Origin: an uncultured Clostridia bacterium | GTDB lineage: Bacteria; Bacillota; Clostridia; Christensenellales; UBA1242 | Assembly: GCA_934772445.1 (NCBI GenBank) | Contig: CAKVMJ010000001.1 | Location: 6,727-70,726 of the forward strand | Reading direction: 5' to 3' | DNA: 64,000 bases | Shown: piece by piece, positions 1 through 9,062 of the stretch | How the letters are laid out: every line of letters starts with the position of its first letter | Numbering within the stretch: the first letter of the stretch is position 1 | Position numbers and translations under genes: made by a program | Notes under the pieces: model-generated | The model's database searches: none | Told to the model about the DNA's origin: nothing | The model's input: only the letters and a program-made list of their open reading frames with translations

Positions 1-42
1 ATGTGGTAATATTCTTGCTTCGATTGGCTTATTTTTACTCAT
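1..42 (-). CDS. 5' end of a CDS running off the left edge of the window (product unknown)
   Basis: ATG at 42..40 on the minus strand, preceded by AAGAGGTAGGT (Shine-Dalgarno-like). Reads MSKNKPIEARILPH to the window edge. Only 14 codons are visible. Confidence 0.25.
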   Translation of the reverse strand, partial: MSKNKPIEARILPH

Positions 43-44
43 AC

Positions 45-386
45 CTACCTCTTATTTCTTTTGTTTTTATTGATTTTAACCACATTTCCATTTTCATTTT
101 CGCTATTTTTTGAAGAATTTTTAACCTTATTTAGAAGTTCCGCATCTTTTTCTTGCTGAATTCTTTTCTCTTCTTTCTTTCCTTCAATCTTAGTTACTAC
201 TAAGTCTAGCACAATTATGATACCAAGTGCAAGTACTACATCAATAAAAATTACCCAACCTGTTGATAAATCTTTCAATAAAAAGTTTACCGCCACCAAA
301 ATTGGCAAGCAAATAAGGCACATAATCCCATATTTTTTAAAACCACGCTTAATATATCTTTTATCGAAAAAATATCTATCTTGCAT
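45..386 (-). CDS. small membrane protein, function unknown
   Basis: 113-aa ORF with two hydrophobic helices (GIMCLICLPILVAVNFLL, WVIFIDVVLALGIIIVLDLVV) and a Lys/Asn-rich tail. It starts 4 nt after the upstream gene ends, which suggests an operon. Confidence 0.45.
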   Translation of the reverse strand: MQDRYFFDKRYIKRGFKKYGIMCLICLPILVAVNFLLKDLSTGWVIFIDVVLALGIIIVLDLVVTKIEGKKEEKRIQQEKDAELLNKVKNSSKNSENENGNVVKINKNKRNKR

Positions 387-389
387 TAT

Positions 390-1262
390 TTAATCCTTTT
401 TATCTTCGTTTTTATCTTCAAAATCTCCAGAACCAACTATAATTTTCTCTTCATCTGGATTAGTTTCTTTCTTTTTCATAGTAAATGCAATAATTATTAA
501 AACAACCGCTGTAAGAACGCTTACGCCAAGTGCAACCAAATACCAGCCTATACTTCTTGCTCTTAAACCATAAATTTCTAATGAATAATCTAAATCTTTA
601 CCTGTTAAATCCCAAACATATTGAGTTATACCATCTTTTGATACTTGTTTATCTGCATTTGAATAAACATATTGAAGATTTGTAAGGAAACTCTCTGTTA
701 TTTGAAGCCCATCTAAAGTGAAATCTTCCTCGTTAAAGTCCTCACCTGTGGCTAATTTATAATACTTACTATAAAAACTCTCAGATGATGTTTGTGAGAA
801 GTATTTTATAGCCCATAAAATAGATTCATCTTCGCAAGGTTGGAATTTATACAAAAACATTCCGTTTTCACTAGCCCAAATTCTATTTTTATTAACAATA
901 AATGCACCAAATGGACCTATATCTCTATTTCCATAAACATTTTTAACACCTTCATAACCAGTAAATTCCGTTGTTAAAACATATGTATATTCTTTTGGAA
1001 CTTCATATCCAACTCCGCAAACCCCAGATATTTCTCTAACTGCCACAACATAATCAGATAAATCCGTTTTTATTTGTCTATCCAAGCTAGTTAATACCGA
1101 TGTTGGCATCTGCTCCCTATCTAAAGAGATGGTTAAAACATCGGAAATTTTATCCGTTTCTGCATCATAAATCCTAGTAAAACTAATATCTGCACACCCA
1201 ATAAAAGTGAAACAGATTAAAACTAATGTTATTAACTTAATTAAAAATCTATTTTTTCGCAC
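390..1262 (-). CDS. putative lipoprotein with C-terminal TM anchor, function unknown
   Basis: N-terminus MRKNRFLIKLITLVLICFTFIGCAD has a signal peptide and lipobox (FIGC). C-terminal hydrophobic helix WYLVALGVSVLTAVVLIIIAF is followed by an acidic tail. Confidence 0.5.
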   Translation of the reverse strand: MRKNRFLIKLITLVLICFTFIGCADISFTRIYDAETDKISDVLTISLDREQMPTSVLTSLDRQIKTDLSDYVVAVREISGVCGVGYEVPKEYTYVLTTEFTGYEGVKNVYGNRDIGPFGAFIVNKNRIWASENGMFLYKFQPCEDESILWAIKYFSQTSSESFYSKYYKLATGEDFNEEDFTLDGLQITESFLTNLQYVYSNADKQVSKDGITQYVWDLTGKDLDYSLEIYGLRARSIGWYLVALGVSVLTAVVLIIIAFTMKKKETNPDEEKIIVGSGDFEDKNEDKKD

Positions 1263-1431
1263 ATTCGCCTCATTATATCTATAGAAGGATTATATAATAA
1301 TAAACTAAATATTTCAAACAAAAATGTTAAAAGAAATAAATTTTTTAGTGTTTAATTTTATTTTTTACAAAATTTCGCTTAATTTAGTTTTTTTGTTTTA
1401 CTTAAACTTAAATTTATTTTATAATACTGGT

Positions 1432-2142
1432 ATGATAGAACAAGGCGAAAGTAAAATGAGTTGGCTTGGTAGCAAATATTTGCTATCCGAACCTAAAAAA
1501 GAAAAAAATGATTTATTAAATTGTTATATTCTTAGGAGTTATTCAAAAACTTACAATGGAAAGGAAATCCAAGAAAAAGTTTATTATGATACTCCAGACC
1601 TTTTTTTCCACAAAAATGGTATTCATATCGGAACATCTGCTTATAAGGGTCAGAAAGAATATTCTTTGGTTGTGAGATACGATAGTGAAAAAGAGCGTAT
1701 TTCATATCTTTCTTATATGCCAGATACTTTTGAAATGAAAATCGATAGTTCCTCACCTATTAAAAATCACTTTTCATTCATTGCTAGAGCAATCTCGAAT
1801 ATGATTATCAATGGTTTGGAAGTTGATATTTTAGAAACATTACAAGGTATTAAACCTGTTATGAATGTAAAGAAAAAGCGTGAATGTTATAGAATTAACG
1901 GAATGAATTCTCTTAGAATGTTTTTCTATTTCGATGAATGTGAATATACCACCCCCCTAGCAAAAGGCAAAGAAAAGATGAATATGCTTGAGATTGTTTG
2001 TGAAAATGACCAAAAAGAATTCAAAGACCTTTTTGAAAAAACAACAAAAGATTTAATTATTGAAAATCCAACAATTGTTGAAACATCTCATAGCGATTTA
2101 CTAATTGGCTTAGATGCGTTAGTTTATTTTAATAAGATTTAA
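1432..2142 (+). CDS. hypothetical protein, divergent CYTH-like domain
   Basis: YYDTPDLFFHKNGI, IKPVMNVKKKRECYRI and MLEIVCE resemble CYTH strand motifs, but several charged residues look degenerate. The ORF-track start at 1324 translates AT-rich promoter DNA. ATG at 1432 or 1456 is more likely. Confidence 0.35.
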   Translation: MIEQGESKMSWLGSKYLLSEPKKEKNDLLNCYILRSYSKTYNGKEIQEKVYYDTPDLFFHKNGIHIGTSAYKGQKEYSLVVRYDSEKERISYLSYMPDTFEMKIDSSSPIKNHFSFIARAISNMIINGLEVDILETLQGIKPVMNVKKKRECYRINGMNSLRMFFYFDECEYTTPLAKGKEKMNMLEIVCENDQKEFKDLFEKTTKDLIIENPTIVETSHSDLLIGLDALVYFNKI

Positions 2143-2146
2143 AAAA

Positions 2147-2190
2147 TCCTATATGCTTACCTAATTTGGTTTGCATATAGGAATTTTTTT
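2147..2190. terminator. bidirectional rho-independent terminator between convergent genes
   Basis: Stem TCCTATATGC (2147-2156) pairs with GCATATAGGA (2173-2182). An A-run lies upstream and a T-run downstream. Confidence 0.7.
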
Positions 2191-2820
2191 TTACAAGATG
2201 TGTGAACAATCTCTTTCTTTATAATATAAATCTTTAATTTGACTATCTGTGTTTTCTAATGTTTCTTTAACATCTATGGTTTTGAATAAATCCTCTTTTG
2301 ATTTAACAAATTCAAAGCCATTTTTTCTATAAAAGTTTGCCACAATCGCACGCGGATATATATCATCTGGGAAAAACAAACCTCTAATCATTGGTTGATG
2401 TACTTCATTATAGAAAACATGGTTATTCTCATCGCAATATTTAGCAAAGAAATAATCTTGAAGATTTAAAAGTGCTGAACCGATACCTTTATTATTTTCT
2501 TCAGAATCAACTCTTATTAAAGATAAATATGAGTATGGTGAACCAACATAATCTAGTTCGTTTATCTTTTTAAGATCATAATCATAAGAACAAACATTTG
2601 TAAACTTATCTTGTATTCCAGAAAACGAATAACGAGGACTAAAGAACGAACTTAAATATCCCACACGCCTATATGGTCTAAAAACAGAATCTTTATTTTT
2701 GATATACGCTTCAATTACAAGTTGTAATTTTGAATGATCTTCATTTAAATATCTTTCTAAGATATGAGTTTTTATTTCCGCACCTTTATCTGTGTACATT
2801 ATTTGATTTTTCATTTTCAT
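2191..2820 (-). CDS. GNAT-like acetyltransferase-fold protein, paralog B of a tandem pair
   Basis: NKGIGSALLNLQDYFFAKY and FYRKNGFEFV match GNAT motif A and the beta-strand/helix pattern. GGGGGAAG Shine-Dalgarno lies before the start. Clearly similar to the neighbouring gene. Confidence 0.5.
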   Translation of the reverse strand: MKMKNQIMYTDKGAEIKTHILERYLNEDHSKLQLVIEAYIKNKDSVFRPYRRVGYLSSFFSPRYSFSGIQDKFTNVCSYDYDLKKINELDYVGSPYSYLSLIRVDSEENNKGIGSALLNLQDYFFAKYCDENNHVFYNEVHQPMIRGLFFPDDIYPRAIVANFYRKNGFEFVKSKEDLFKTIDVKETLENTDSQIKDLYYKERDCSHIL

Positions 2821-2840
2821 CTTCCCCCTTTAATAAAAAT

Positions 2841-3452
2841 TTAAAATTCTCTAACCTCTTCTATCTTCATTCCTTCATATCTTTCATTTTTAGGATTTGA
2901 TAGAACTTCGCTAGGTTTAATATCTTTAAATAAATCCAATCGGCTATCCACAAAATCATAGCCATTTTTTCTATAGAACTTTTCAGTAAGAAGCCTATTT
3001 TCATAAACAAACGGCATAAAAATTCCTCTTATAACAGAATCTTCATCGCCATATAGTTTATCCACATATTTAGCGAACAAATAATCTTGCATTTCAAGCA
3101 TTGTTGAGCCAATACCTTTTTGCTGTTCGTTATCACTCACTTCAACAAGCCCTAGATAAGAATACGGCACTTGCATATAATCCTCTTCATTGATTGGACG
3201 CAATTCAAAACCACGAGAATCAATATTTCTTGCCAAATATGCTTTATCTCTATTACCCATATAAGTTTTAGGATAGAAGAGCGATTCCAATCTTCCTGCA
3301 TATCTATAAGAACGGCAGAAAATAGATTTTCTATTCTTTATATAAGCATCAATAACCAATTTCTGAGTTGGACATTCTTTCTGTTTTCTTGTTTCTGTTA
3401 TATAGAATTTTAATTCTTCACCCCTATTGGTTTCAAATGTTGTATTCCTCAT
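2841..3452 (-). CDS. GNAT-like acetyltransferase-fold protein, paralog A of a tandem pair
   Basis: QKGIGSTMLEMQDYLFAKY and FYRKNGYDFV. GGGGGAAAA Shine-Dalgarno upstream of the ATG at 3452. Confidence 0.5.
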   Translation of the reverse strand: MRNTTFETNRGEELKFYITETRKQKECPTQKLVIDAYIKNRKSIFCRSYRYAGRLESLFYPKTYMGNRDKAYLARNIDSRGFELRPINEEDYMQVPYSYLGLVEVSDNEQQKGIGSTMLEMQDYLFAKYVDKLYGDEDSVIRGIFMPFVYENRLLTEKFYRKNGYDFVDSRLDLFKDIKPSEVLSNPKNERYEGMKIEEVREF

Positions 3453-3518
3453 ATATATTTTCCCCCAATCTTCTTATTATATATTTTATCATATAAAATA
3501 GCATATTTCAATACCCTT

Positions 3519-3546
3519 TAAAAAAAAGACTTGATTGCCAAGTCTT
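3519..3546 (-). terminator. rho-independent terminator after yraN
   Basis: AAGACTTG (3526-3533) pairs with CAAGTCTT (3539-3546). On the minus strand the hairpin is followed by a T-run (plus-strand A-run 3521-3527). Confidence 0.65.
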
Positions 3547-3548
3547 GC

Positions 3549-3905
3549 TTAAAAAGCATTTTCTATATATGATAGTTCCTCACCAACTATATCAATAACA
3601 TCAAACCGAACAGCGTTATCCATTCTTGATTTCATTTTTAAGTAGCCAAGAGCCACTTGTCTTATCTTATTCTGTTTATAGATATTAACTCTTTCACGAG
3701 GTAGCCCAAAGATTTTATTGCTTGAATATTTAACTTCAATAAAAACAATTGTCTTTTTATCTAAAGCAATAATATCAATTTCGCCAATAGGATTTTTGTA
3801 ATTTGTTTCTAAAATCTTAAATTTTAGATTGTGTTTTACATAATCTAAGGCTAGTGTTTCGCCAATATCACCAGAAACTTTATTAAAACTCTTATTTTTT
3901 AGCAT
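3549..3905 (-). CDS. yraN: YraN-family (UPF0102) predicted endonuclease
   Basis: GEIDIIALDKKTIVFIEVKY and RFDVIDI are typical of the family. Sits immediately downstream of rnhB, as in many Bacillota. Start is ATG 3905, or 3920 as in the ORF track. Confidence 0.7.
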   Translation of the reverse strand: MLKNKSFNKVSGDIGETLALDYVKHNLKFKILETNYKNPIGEIDIIALDKKTIVFIEVKYSSNKIFGLPRERVNIYKQNKIRQVALGYLKMKSRMDNAVRFDVIDIVGEELSYIENAF

Positions 3906-4506
3906 TGTTATCCCCAACAAAATGCCCTATAAAGCTATTTCTATGAATATCACACTTGCCATATTTTTTCAATGCTTCAATATGTTCTTTAGTTCCATAG
4001 CCTTTATGTTTCTTAAAGTTATATTCTGGATAAATCTCATCTAATTGAACCATTAATCTATCTCTCGCCACTTTAGCAAGAATTGAAGCACACGCTATAT
4101 TATAACTCTGTGCATCACCTTTAATAATGCCAACTGTTTTAACTTTTTCTTCAAGTTTTACAGCATCAATTAAAACTAAATCCGGAACTGGATTTAAAGC
4201 TTCGATACATTTCTTCATACCAAGTTTTGTTGCGTTTAAAATATTTATGCTATCTATAGTTTCCACATCAACGAACTCTATATGATAAGAAACTGCCTTT
4301 TCTATTATTCGATCGAACAGTTTTTCTCTCTTCTTTTCAGTTAATTTTTTAGAATCGTTTATTCCTTCAATAATATCTTTATCATCTAATGGCATTATAA
4401 CTCCAGCCACACTAACAGGCCCAGCCAATGGTCCTCTTCCCGCTTCATCAATACCCGCAATTATTTTTACATTTTCATCTAAAAATTGCTTATCAAAATT
4501 TACCAT
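3892..4506 (-). CDS. rnhB: ribonuclease HII
   Basis: IAGIDEAGRGPLAGPV, DSKKLTEKKRE and KGDAQSYNIACASILAKVARD motifs; 204 aa. Confidence 0.9.
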   Translation of the reverse strand: MVNFDKQFLDENVKIIAGIDEAGRGPLAGPVSVAGVIMPLDDKDIIEGINDSKKLTEKKREKLFDRIIEKAVSYHIEFVDVETIDSINILNATKLGMKKCIEALNPVPDLVLIDAVKLEEKVKTVGIIKGDAQSYNIACASILAKVARDRLMVQLDEIYPEYNFKKHKGYGTKEHIEALKKYGKCDIHRNSFIGHFVGDNNAKK

Positions 4507-4519
4507 TATCTTAAGTATC

Positions 4520-5401
4520 CTAATTTTTTCTATCTTTTATCTTTAGTTTTGGAATTTCGGAAACATTTTCCAAGGTTATTTTTCCAAGTTTGCCTTGTTT
4601 AAAATCATTAATAATAGCATAAGCACCTCTATCATAATCTAGCTCTGCCTTTTTCAACAAGAACCCTCTTGCAACGCAAATTTTTTCCAAAATTTCTAAT
4701 GGTTCATCTTCAGCTAGAACTTCAATACCATATCTATTTTCTAAGATTGTTTTATCTAGTTTTACGATTTCTCTAATAAAATCCAAGCTTAATTCGGCAA
4801 TATCTAAAACATCTTCGCTAATTGAACCAATATAAGCTAAGTGGTGAGCCACTAACTCATTATCAAATGCTGGCCATAAAGTTCCCGGTGTATCCAAAAT
4901 TTCAATTTGGTTTCCTAATCTTACCCATTGAGTGGTTCTTGTAACACCCGGCATATTTGCGGTTTTAGTTTTACCGCTTCCGCATAAATTATTTACAAGC
5001 GTACTTTTTCCAGAGTTTGGAACGCCAATAACCATTGCCCTAGTAATAAGTTTTATATTTTTATCTTGGAATTTTTTAACAGTACCTGAAGTTACTTTTT
5101 TTATAGCATTTTCAAGTTTTGAAGATGCACCACTAGCAGTACTATTTAAAGTTAGGCAAATATTTTTACCAGTGTTTAAATAATTAAACCATTCTTGAAT
5201 TTTCTTTTCATCACCCAAATCAGATTTATTTAAAACATAAATTATAGGCTTATCCCCTATAATTTGCGAAAATTTAGGATTTAAACAAGAAAAAGGAGCT
5301 CTGGAATCCAAAACATAAATAATTGCATCAACAATCTTTATATCTTTCTCCATAGTTTTTAGAGCCTTATTCATATGTCCCGGATACCATTGAATTATCA
5401 T
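4520..5401 (-). CDS. rbgA: ribosome biogenesis GTPase A (YlqF/RbgA)
   Basis: IQWYPGHMNKA N-terminus; circularly permuted GTPase motifs (NKSDL ... GVPNSGKST ... DTPG). Confidence 0.9.
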   Translation of the reverse strand: MIIQWYPGHMNKALKTMEKDIKIVDAIIYVLDSRAPFSCLNPKFSQIIGDKPIIYVLNKSDLGDEKKIQEWFNYLNTGKNICLTLNSTASGASSKLENAIKKVTSGTVKKFQDKNIKLITRAMVIGVPNSGKSTLVNNLCGSGKTKTANMPGVTRTTQWVRLGNQIEILDTPGTLWPAFDNELVAHHLAYIGSISEDVLDIAELSLDFIREIVKLDKTILENRYGIEVLAEDEPLEILEKICVARGFLLKKAELDYDRGAYAIINDFKQGKLGKITLENVSEIPKLKIKDRKN

Positions 5402-5402
5402 A

Positions 5403-6083
5403 TTAATCTCCTTTTTTCTGTAGTAAATCTGGTCTTAGTTTTTTAGTTTGCTCTATTTTTTGCGAATCTCGCCATTTTCTTATTTCTGCGTGGTTTCCAG
5501 ATAATAAAACATCTGGAACTTTCAAGCCTTTAAACTCTTGAGGTCTAGTATATTGAGGATATTCCAAATAGTTATCTGAAAAGCTCTCTTCATTTGTACT
5601 ATTAGAATTATGTAGTACATTTGGAATATATCTACAAACAGCATCAACTAAAGCCATTGCAGGTATTTCTCCACCAGTTAAAACAAAATCGCCAATGCTT
5701 ATTTGCTCATCAATACAAAGTTCTATAACTCTTTCATCAATGCCCTCGTAATGGCCACAAACCAAAATTAAATGCCTATAATTTTCCGCTAAACTTTTTA
5801 CTTTTGATTGAGTAAGCGTTTTTCCTTTTGGGCTTAGATAAACAACCCAAGAATCTTCCGTTTTAACGCTATTTATACAATCATACAATGGCTCTGGCAT
5901 CATAAGCATACCATCTCCACCGCCAAAAATATAATCATCAACTTTTCCGTGTTTATCTTTAGAAAAATCACGAATATTGATAATATTAATTTCAACTAAA
6001 TTCTTTTCCACTGCTTTGCCAATCAAACTAGTTTTCAAAGGCATAAACATTTCTGGAAACAGCGTTAAAATATCTATTTTCAT
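5403..6083 (-). CDS. trmD: tRNA (guanine37-N1)-methyltransferase
   Basis: MKIDILTLFPEMF, GGGDGMLM, VCGHYEGIDERV and SIGDFVLTGGE motifs. Confidence 0.92.
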   Translation of the reverse strand: MKIDILTLFPEMFMPLKTSLIGKAVEKNLVEINIINIRDFSKDKHGKVDDYIFGGGDGMLMMPEPLYDCINSVKTEDSWVVYLSPKGKTLTQSKVKSLAENYRHLILVCGHYEGIDERVIELCIDEQISIGDFVLTGGEIPAMALVDAVCRYIPNVLHNSNSTNEESFSDNYLEYPQYTRPQEFKGLKVPDVLLSGNHAEIRKWRDSQKIEQTKKLRPDLLQKKGD

Positions 6084-6592
6084 TAATTTTGCTCACTTTC
6101 TACAATTTCTTCAAATTTATTCTTATTTAATTTAAGAATTTTTCCGTTTATATCAAATTCTTTAACAAGTCCTTTAACAAAAGGAATTAATGTTTCTTTT
6201 CCATCTTTTTTAACAACGAAAATATCTGCTGAACCATAAGTTAGAATATTTTCAATCTTGCCTATTTCTTTCTCATCAACAGAAACATCAGAACCAACTA
6301 AATCTCTAATATAAAATTCATCTTTATCTAATGTTTTTCTAGCAGAAACTTCGGCAAAAATTGTTTTATTTCTCAAGTTTTCAGCATCATCAATATTTTC
6401 TATACCTTTAACCTTAAAAATCTCAAAGCCATCACGATGTGTAATTTTCTCAATTTCAAACTTATTACCATCTATAATCACTTCTTTAAGTTCGCTCAAC
6501 ATAGAAAAATTAGAGTAATTTATCCTTACTCTAAAATGTCCTTTTAAGCCTTGTGGTTTAGTAATAATTCCAACTTCACAAAGGTTATTCAT
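6083..6592 (-). CDS. rimM: 16S rRNA processing protein RimM
   Basis: GIITKPQGLKGHFRV N-terminus with a PRC-barrel-like C-terminus. Conserved position between the KH protein and trmD. Confidence 0.85.
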   Translation of the reverse strand: MNNLCEVGIITKPQGLKGHFRVRINYSNFSMLSELKEVIIDGNKFEIEKITHRDGFEIFKVKGIENIDDAENLRNKTIFAEVSARKTLDKDEFYIRDLVGSDVSVDEKEIGKIENILTYGSADIFVVKKDGKETLIPFVKGLVKEFDINGKILKLNKNKFEEIVESEQN

Positions 6593-6840
6593 TAATTATT
6601 TCCTTTTTCATTGATTTTTACAATATATCGTTTATTTAATCTATTTGATGCGGATTTAACAATGGTTCTAATTGCTGTTGCAACTTTACCATTCTTACCA
6701 ATAACCTTACCCATATCTTCATCAGCAACAGTTATTTTTAAAACTACAACTTTCTCACTTTCGTTTACAGTTTCCATTTCAACTTGGTCTTTATTTTCAA
6801 CTAGGTTTTCAACGATATATTTAACTAGTTCTTCTACCAT
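6592..6840 (-). CDS. KH-domain RNA-binding protein (YlqC/UPF0109 family)
   Basis: 82 aa with the GKVIGKNGKVATAIRT GXXG KH motif. Conserved position after rpsP. Confidence 0.8.
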   Translation of the reverse strand: MVEELVKYIVENLVENKDQVEMETVNESEKVVVLKITVADEDMGKVIGKNGKVATAIRTIVKSASNRLNKRYIVKINEKGNN

Positions 6841-6851
6841 TATTTAAACCC

Positions 6852-7145
6852 TTATTTCTTTTCTTTTTTCTTCTTATCAGTTTTAGGGGCTCTAGTGATA
6901 GGATCAAGAATACCAACATTTACAAGCAATGTTCTAGTAGTTTCAGTAGGTTTTGCACCATTTTTAATCCAATATACAACTCTTTCTTCATCAATTTTGA
7001 TTTCAGCTGGTTGCTTTAATGGATTGAATGTACCTAAATTTTCAATATATTCTCCATCTCTTGCTTTTCTTGAATCAGCAACTACAACTCTATAAAAAGG
7101 TGCTTTCTTATCTCCTAATCTTGTTAATCTAATTTTAACTGCCAT
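6852..7145 (-). CDS. rpsP: 30S ribosomal protein S16
   Basis: [31 protein letters not shown] is canonical S16. Has a Lys-rich C-terminal tail. Confidence 0.95.
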   Translation of the reverse strand: MAVKIRLTRLGDKKAPFYRVVVADSRKARDGEYIENLGTFNPLKQPAEIKIDEERVVYWIKNGAKPTETTRTLLVNVGILDPITRAPKTDKKKKEKK

Positions 7146-7211
7146 AATTTTTCTCCTCTATAATTTATATAATTTTATATATAAAACTTATTTAATCTCT
7201 TAAATAGTGTT

Positions 7212-8546
7212 TTATCTACCTCTTAGCATATTGGATATTGCAGACATACCGCCTAATCCCTTTCCGCCTTTCAATTTTTTCATAAGTTCTTTTGATTGAT
7301 TAAATTGCTTTAAAAGTGTGTTTACATCTTGAATAGATGTTCCGCTTCCCATTGCAATTCTCTTTTTCTGGCTTCCTTTAATTCCATCTGGATTAAGCCT
7401 TTCGGCTTTTGTCATACTAAGAATAATTGCCTTATTCTTTTCTAATTGTTTTTCATCTGCATCACTAACATTTAACTTGTTTGCTCCCGGAATCATCTTT
7501 AGAATATCCATCATTCCGCCCATTTTCTTCATTTGTTCAAACTGCATTAAATAATCATCTAATGTAAATGAATTTTCTCTAAACTTCTTTTCAATCTTTT
7601 TAGCTTGTTCTTCATCAAAGTTTTCTTGTGCTTTTTCAATTAATGTTAGAACATCACCCATATTTAAAATTCTGCTCGCCATTCTATCTGGGTGGAAGAT
7701 TTCAATATCATCCATCTTTTCGCCAATACCGCAGAATTTAATAGGTTTACCAGTAACAGCTTTAATGCTTAACGCTGCCCCACCTCTTGTATCACCATCA
7801 AGTTTGGTTAAAATAACACCGGTAATATCAAGTTCATCATTAAAAGTGGTGGCAACAGTAACAGCATCTTGACCTGTCATTGCATCAACTGTTAAAAGGA
7901 TTTCAGTTGGATTGGTTATTTTCTTGATTTGCTTTAATTCTTCCATCAATTCTTCATTGATATGAAGCCTACCAGCTGTATCTATAATAACAGTATCGTA
8001 TCCTTTTTTCAATGCATAATCAATTGCATTTGAAGCAATCTTTTCTGGTTTTGCTTTTCCTTCTTCAAAAACTTCCACACCAACACTTGAACCAACAACT
8101 TTTAATTGATTAATTGCTGCTGGTCTATAAATATCACAAGCCACAAGCATTGGTTTTTTGCCTTCTTTCTTAAGCATTTTAGCAAGTTTTCCGCACATTG
8201 TGGTTTTACCAGCACCTTGCAAACCGCACATTAATATAACGGTTGGCAATTTGCTGGAAACTTCCAATTTAGCATTTTTATTGCCCATTAAGTTTGTTAA
8301 TTCTTCGTGAACAATTTTAACAACTTGCTGACCCGGAGTTAGGCTTTTTAAAACCTTTTCCCCAATTGCTTTTTCAGAAACATTTTTAATGAAATCTTTA
8401 ACTACTAAAAAGTTGACATCAGCTTCAAGCAAAGCAACTCTAATTTCTCTCATTGCCTCCTTGATTTCAAGTTCTGTTAGTTTTCCTCTTTTAGTTAATT
8501 TATCAAATATGTGAGATAAACGCAAACTTAAATTACCAAATGCCAC
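7212..8546 (-). CDS. ffh: signal recognition particle protein Ffh
   Basis: GLQGAGKTT, DTAGR and TKLDGD GTPase motifs plus a Met-rich M domain (MKKMGGMMDILKMIPG). Confidence 0.95.
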   Translation of the reverse strand: MAFGNLSLRLSHIFDKLTKRGKLTELEIKEAMREIRVALLEADVNFLVVKDFIKNVSEKAIGEKVLKSLTPGQQVVKIVHEELTNLMGNKNAKLEVSSKLPTVILMCGLQGAGKTTMCGKLAKMLKKEGKKPMLVACDIYRPAAINQLKVVGSSVGVEVFEEGKAKPEKIASNAIDYALKKGYDTVIIDTAGRLHINEELMEELKQIKKITNPTEILLTVDAMTGQDAVTVATTFNDELDITGVILTKLDGDTRGGAALSIKAVTGKPIKFCGIGEKMDDIEIFHPDRMASRILNMGDVLTLIEKAQENFDEEQAKKIEKKFRENSFTLDDYLMQFEQMKKMGGMMDILKMIPGANKLNVSDADEKQLEKNKAIILSMTKAERLNPDGIKGSQKKRIAMGSGTSIQDVNTLLKQFNQSKELMKKLKGGKGLGGMSAISNMLRGR

Positions 8547-8560
8547 AAACCTCTCTCCTT

Positions 8561-8884
8561 TTATGCGCCAAGAATTTCTTCAATAATTTTTTGAACAATT
8601 TCTCTAGCTGGATCATCAACTGGTAAACTATCTCTAATTTTCTCAATTTTCATCATTTTTTCTAAGAAATGACCCTTGCTTTCAAATCTGTTCAAAGCAA
8701 TTTTACCTTGCTTTACAGCATCGGCAACAGCTTGTTTTGAAATATCTAAGTTTTCACCAGTTTCGGTTAAACCGATATCTTTGTACAAAACTTCCTTTAA
8801 AATAAGTCTTTGTGTTTTTGTTAGCATATCACCATATATATCATACAATCTTGCTAATCTCATTCTTTCTTCAAAATTTCTCAT
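8561..8884 (-). CDS. ylxM: YlxM/p13-family putative DNA-binding protein (UPF0122)
   Basis: RLARLYDIYGDMLTKTQRLILKEVLYKDIGLTETGENLDISKQAV HTH region. Sits upstream of ffh, as in Bacillus. The ATG at 8884 has a GAGG 9 nt upstream. Confidence 0.8.
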   Translation of the reverse strand: MRNFEERMRLARLYDIYGDMLTKTQRLILKEVLYKDIGLTETGENLDISKQAVADAVKQGKIALNRFESKGHFLEKMMKIEKIRDSLPVDDPAREIVQKIIEEILGA

Positions 8885-8923
8885 AATATAAAACCTCATC
8901 AAGTTATAAAACTTTACAAGGCT

Positions 8924-8952
8924 ATTATAACTGCTTAAAAACTAATTGTCAA
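8924..8952 (-). promoter_or_regulatory. sigma-A-type promoter for ylxM-ffh
   Basis: Minus strand reads TTGACA (8952..8947), a 17-nt spacer, then TATAAT (8929..8924). Both hexamers are perfect consensus. Confidence 0.7.
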
Positions 8953-9062
8953 GCGTATATCCACCTTGATTTAAAATTTTTTAAATTTTTTCAACTTTTT
9001 TAATAAAAAATGAAAAAGGAAGATGTTTTTTTCTTCCTTTTTACCATAATTTTCCAATTTTA

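Noticed and set aside
1532-1756. 74-aa minus-strand ORF antisense to the CYTH-like gene. Similar antisense ORFs occur in rbgA, the KH gene, rpsP, ylxM, ftsY, smc, SPFH, ttcA, acpP, pepF, the 818-aa gene, the LRR gene, the YwaF-like gene, cls and mscL (61331-61597).
   Set aside because: Each is fully embedded in a better-supported gene on the opposite strand. None has a ribosome-binding site or recognisable motif.
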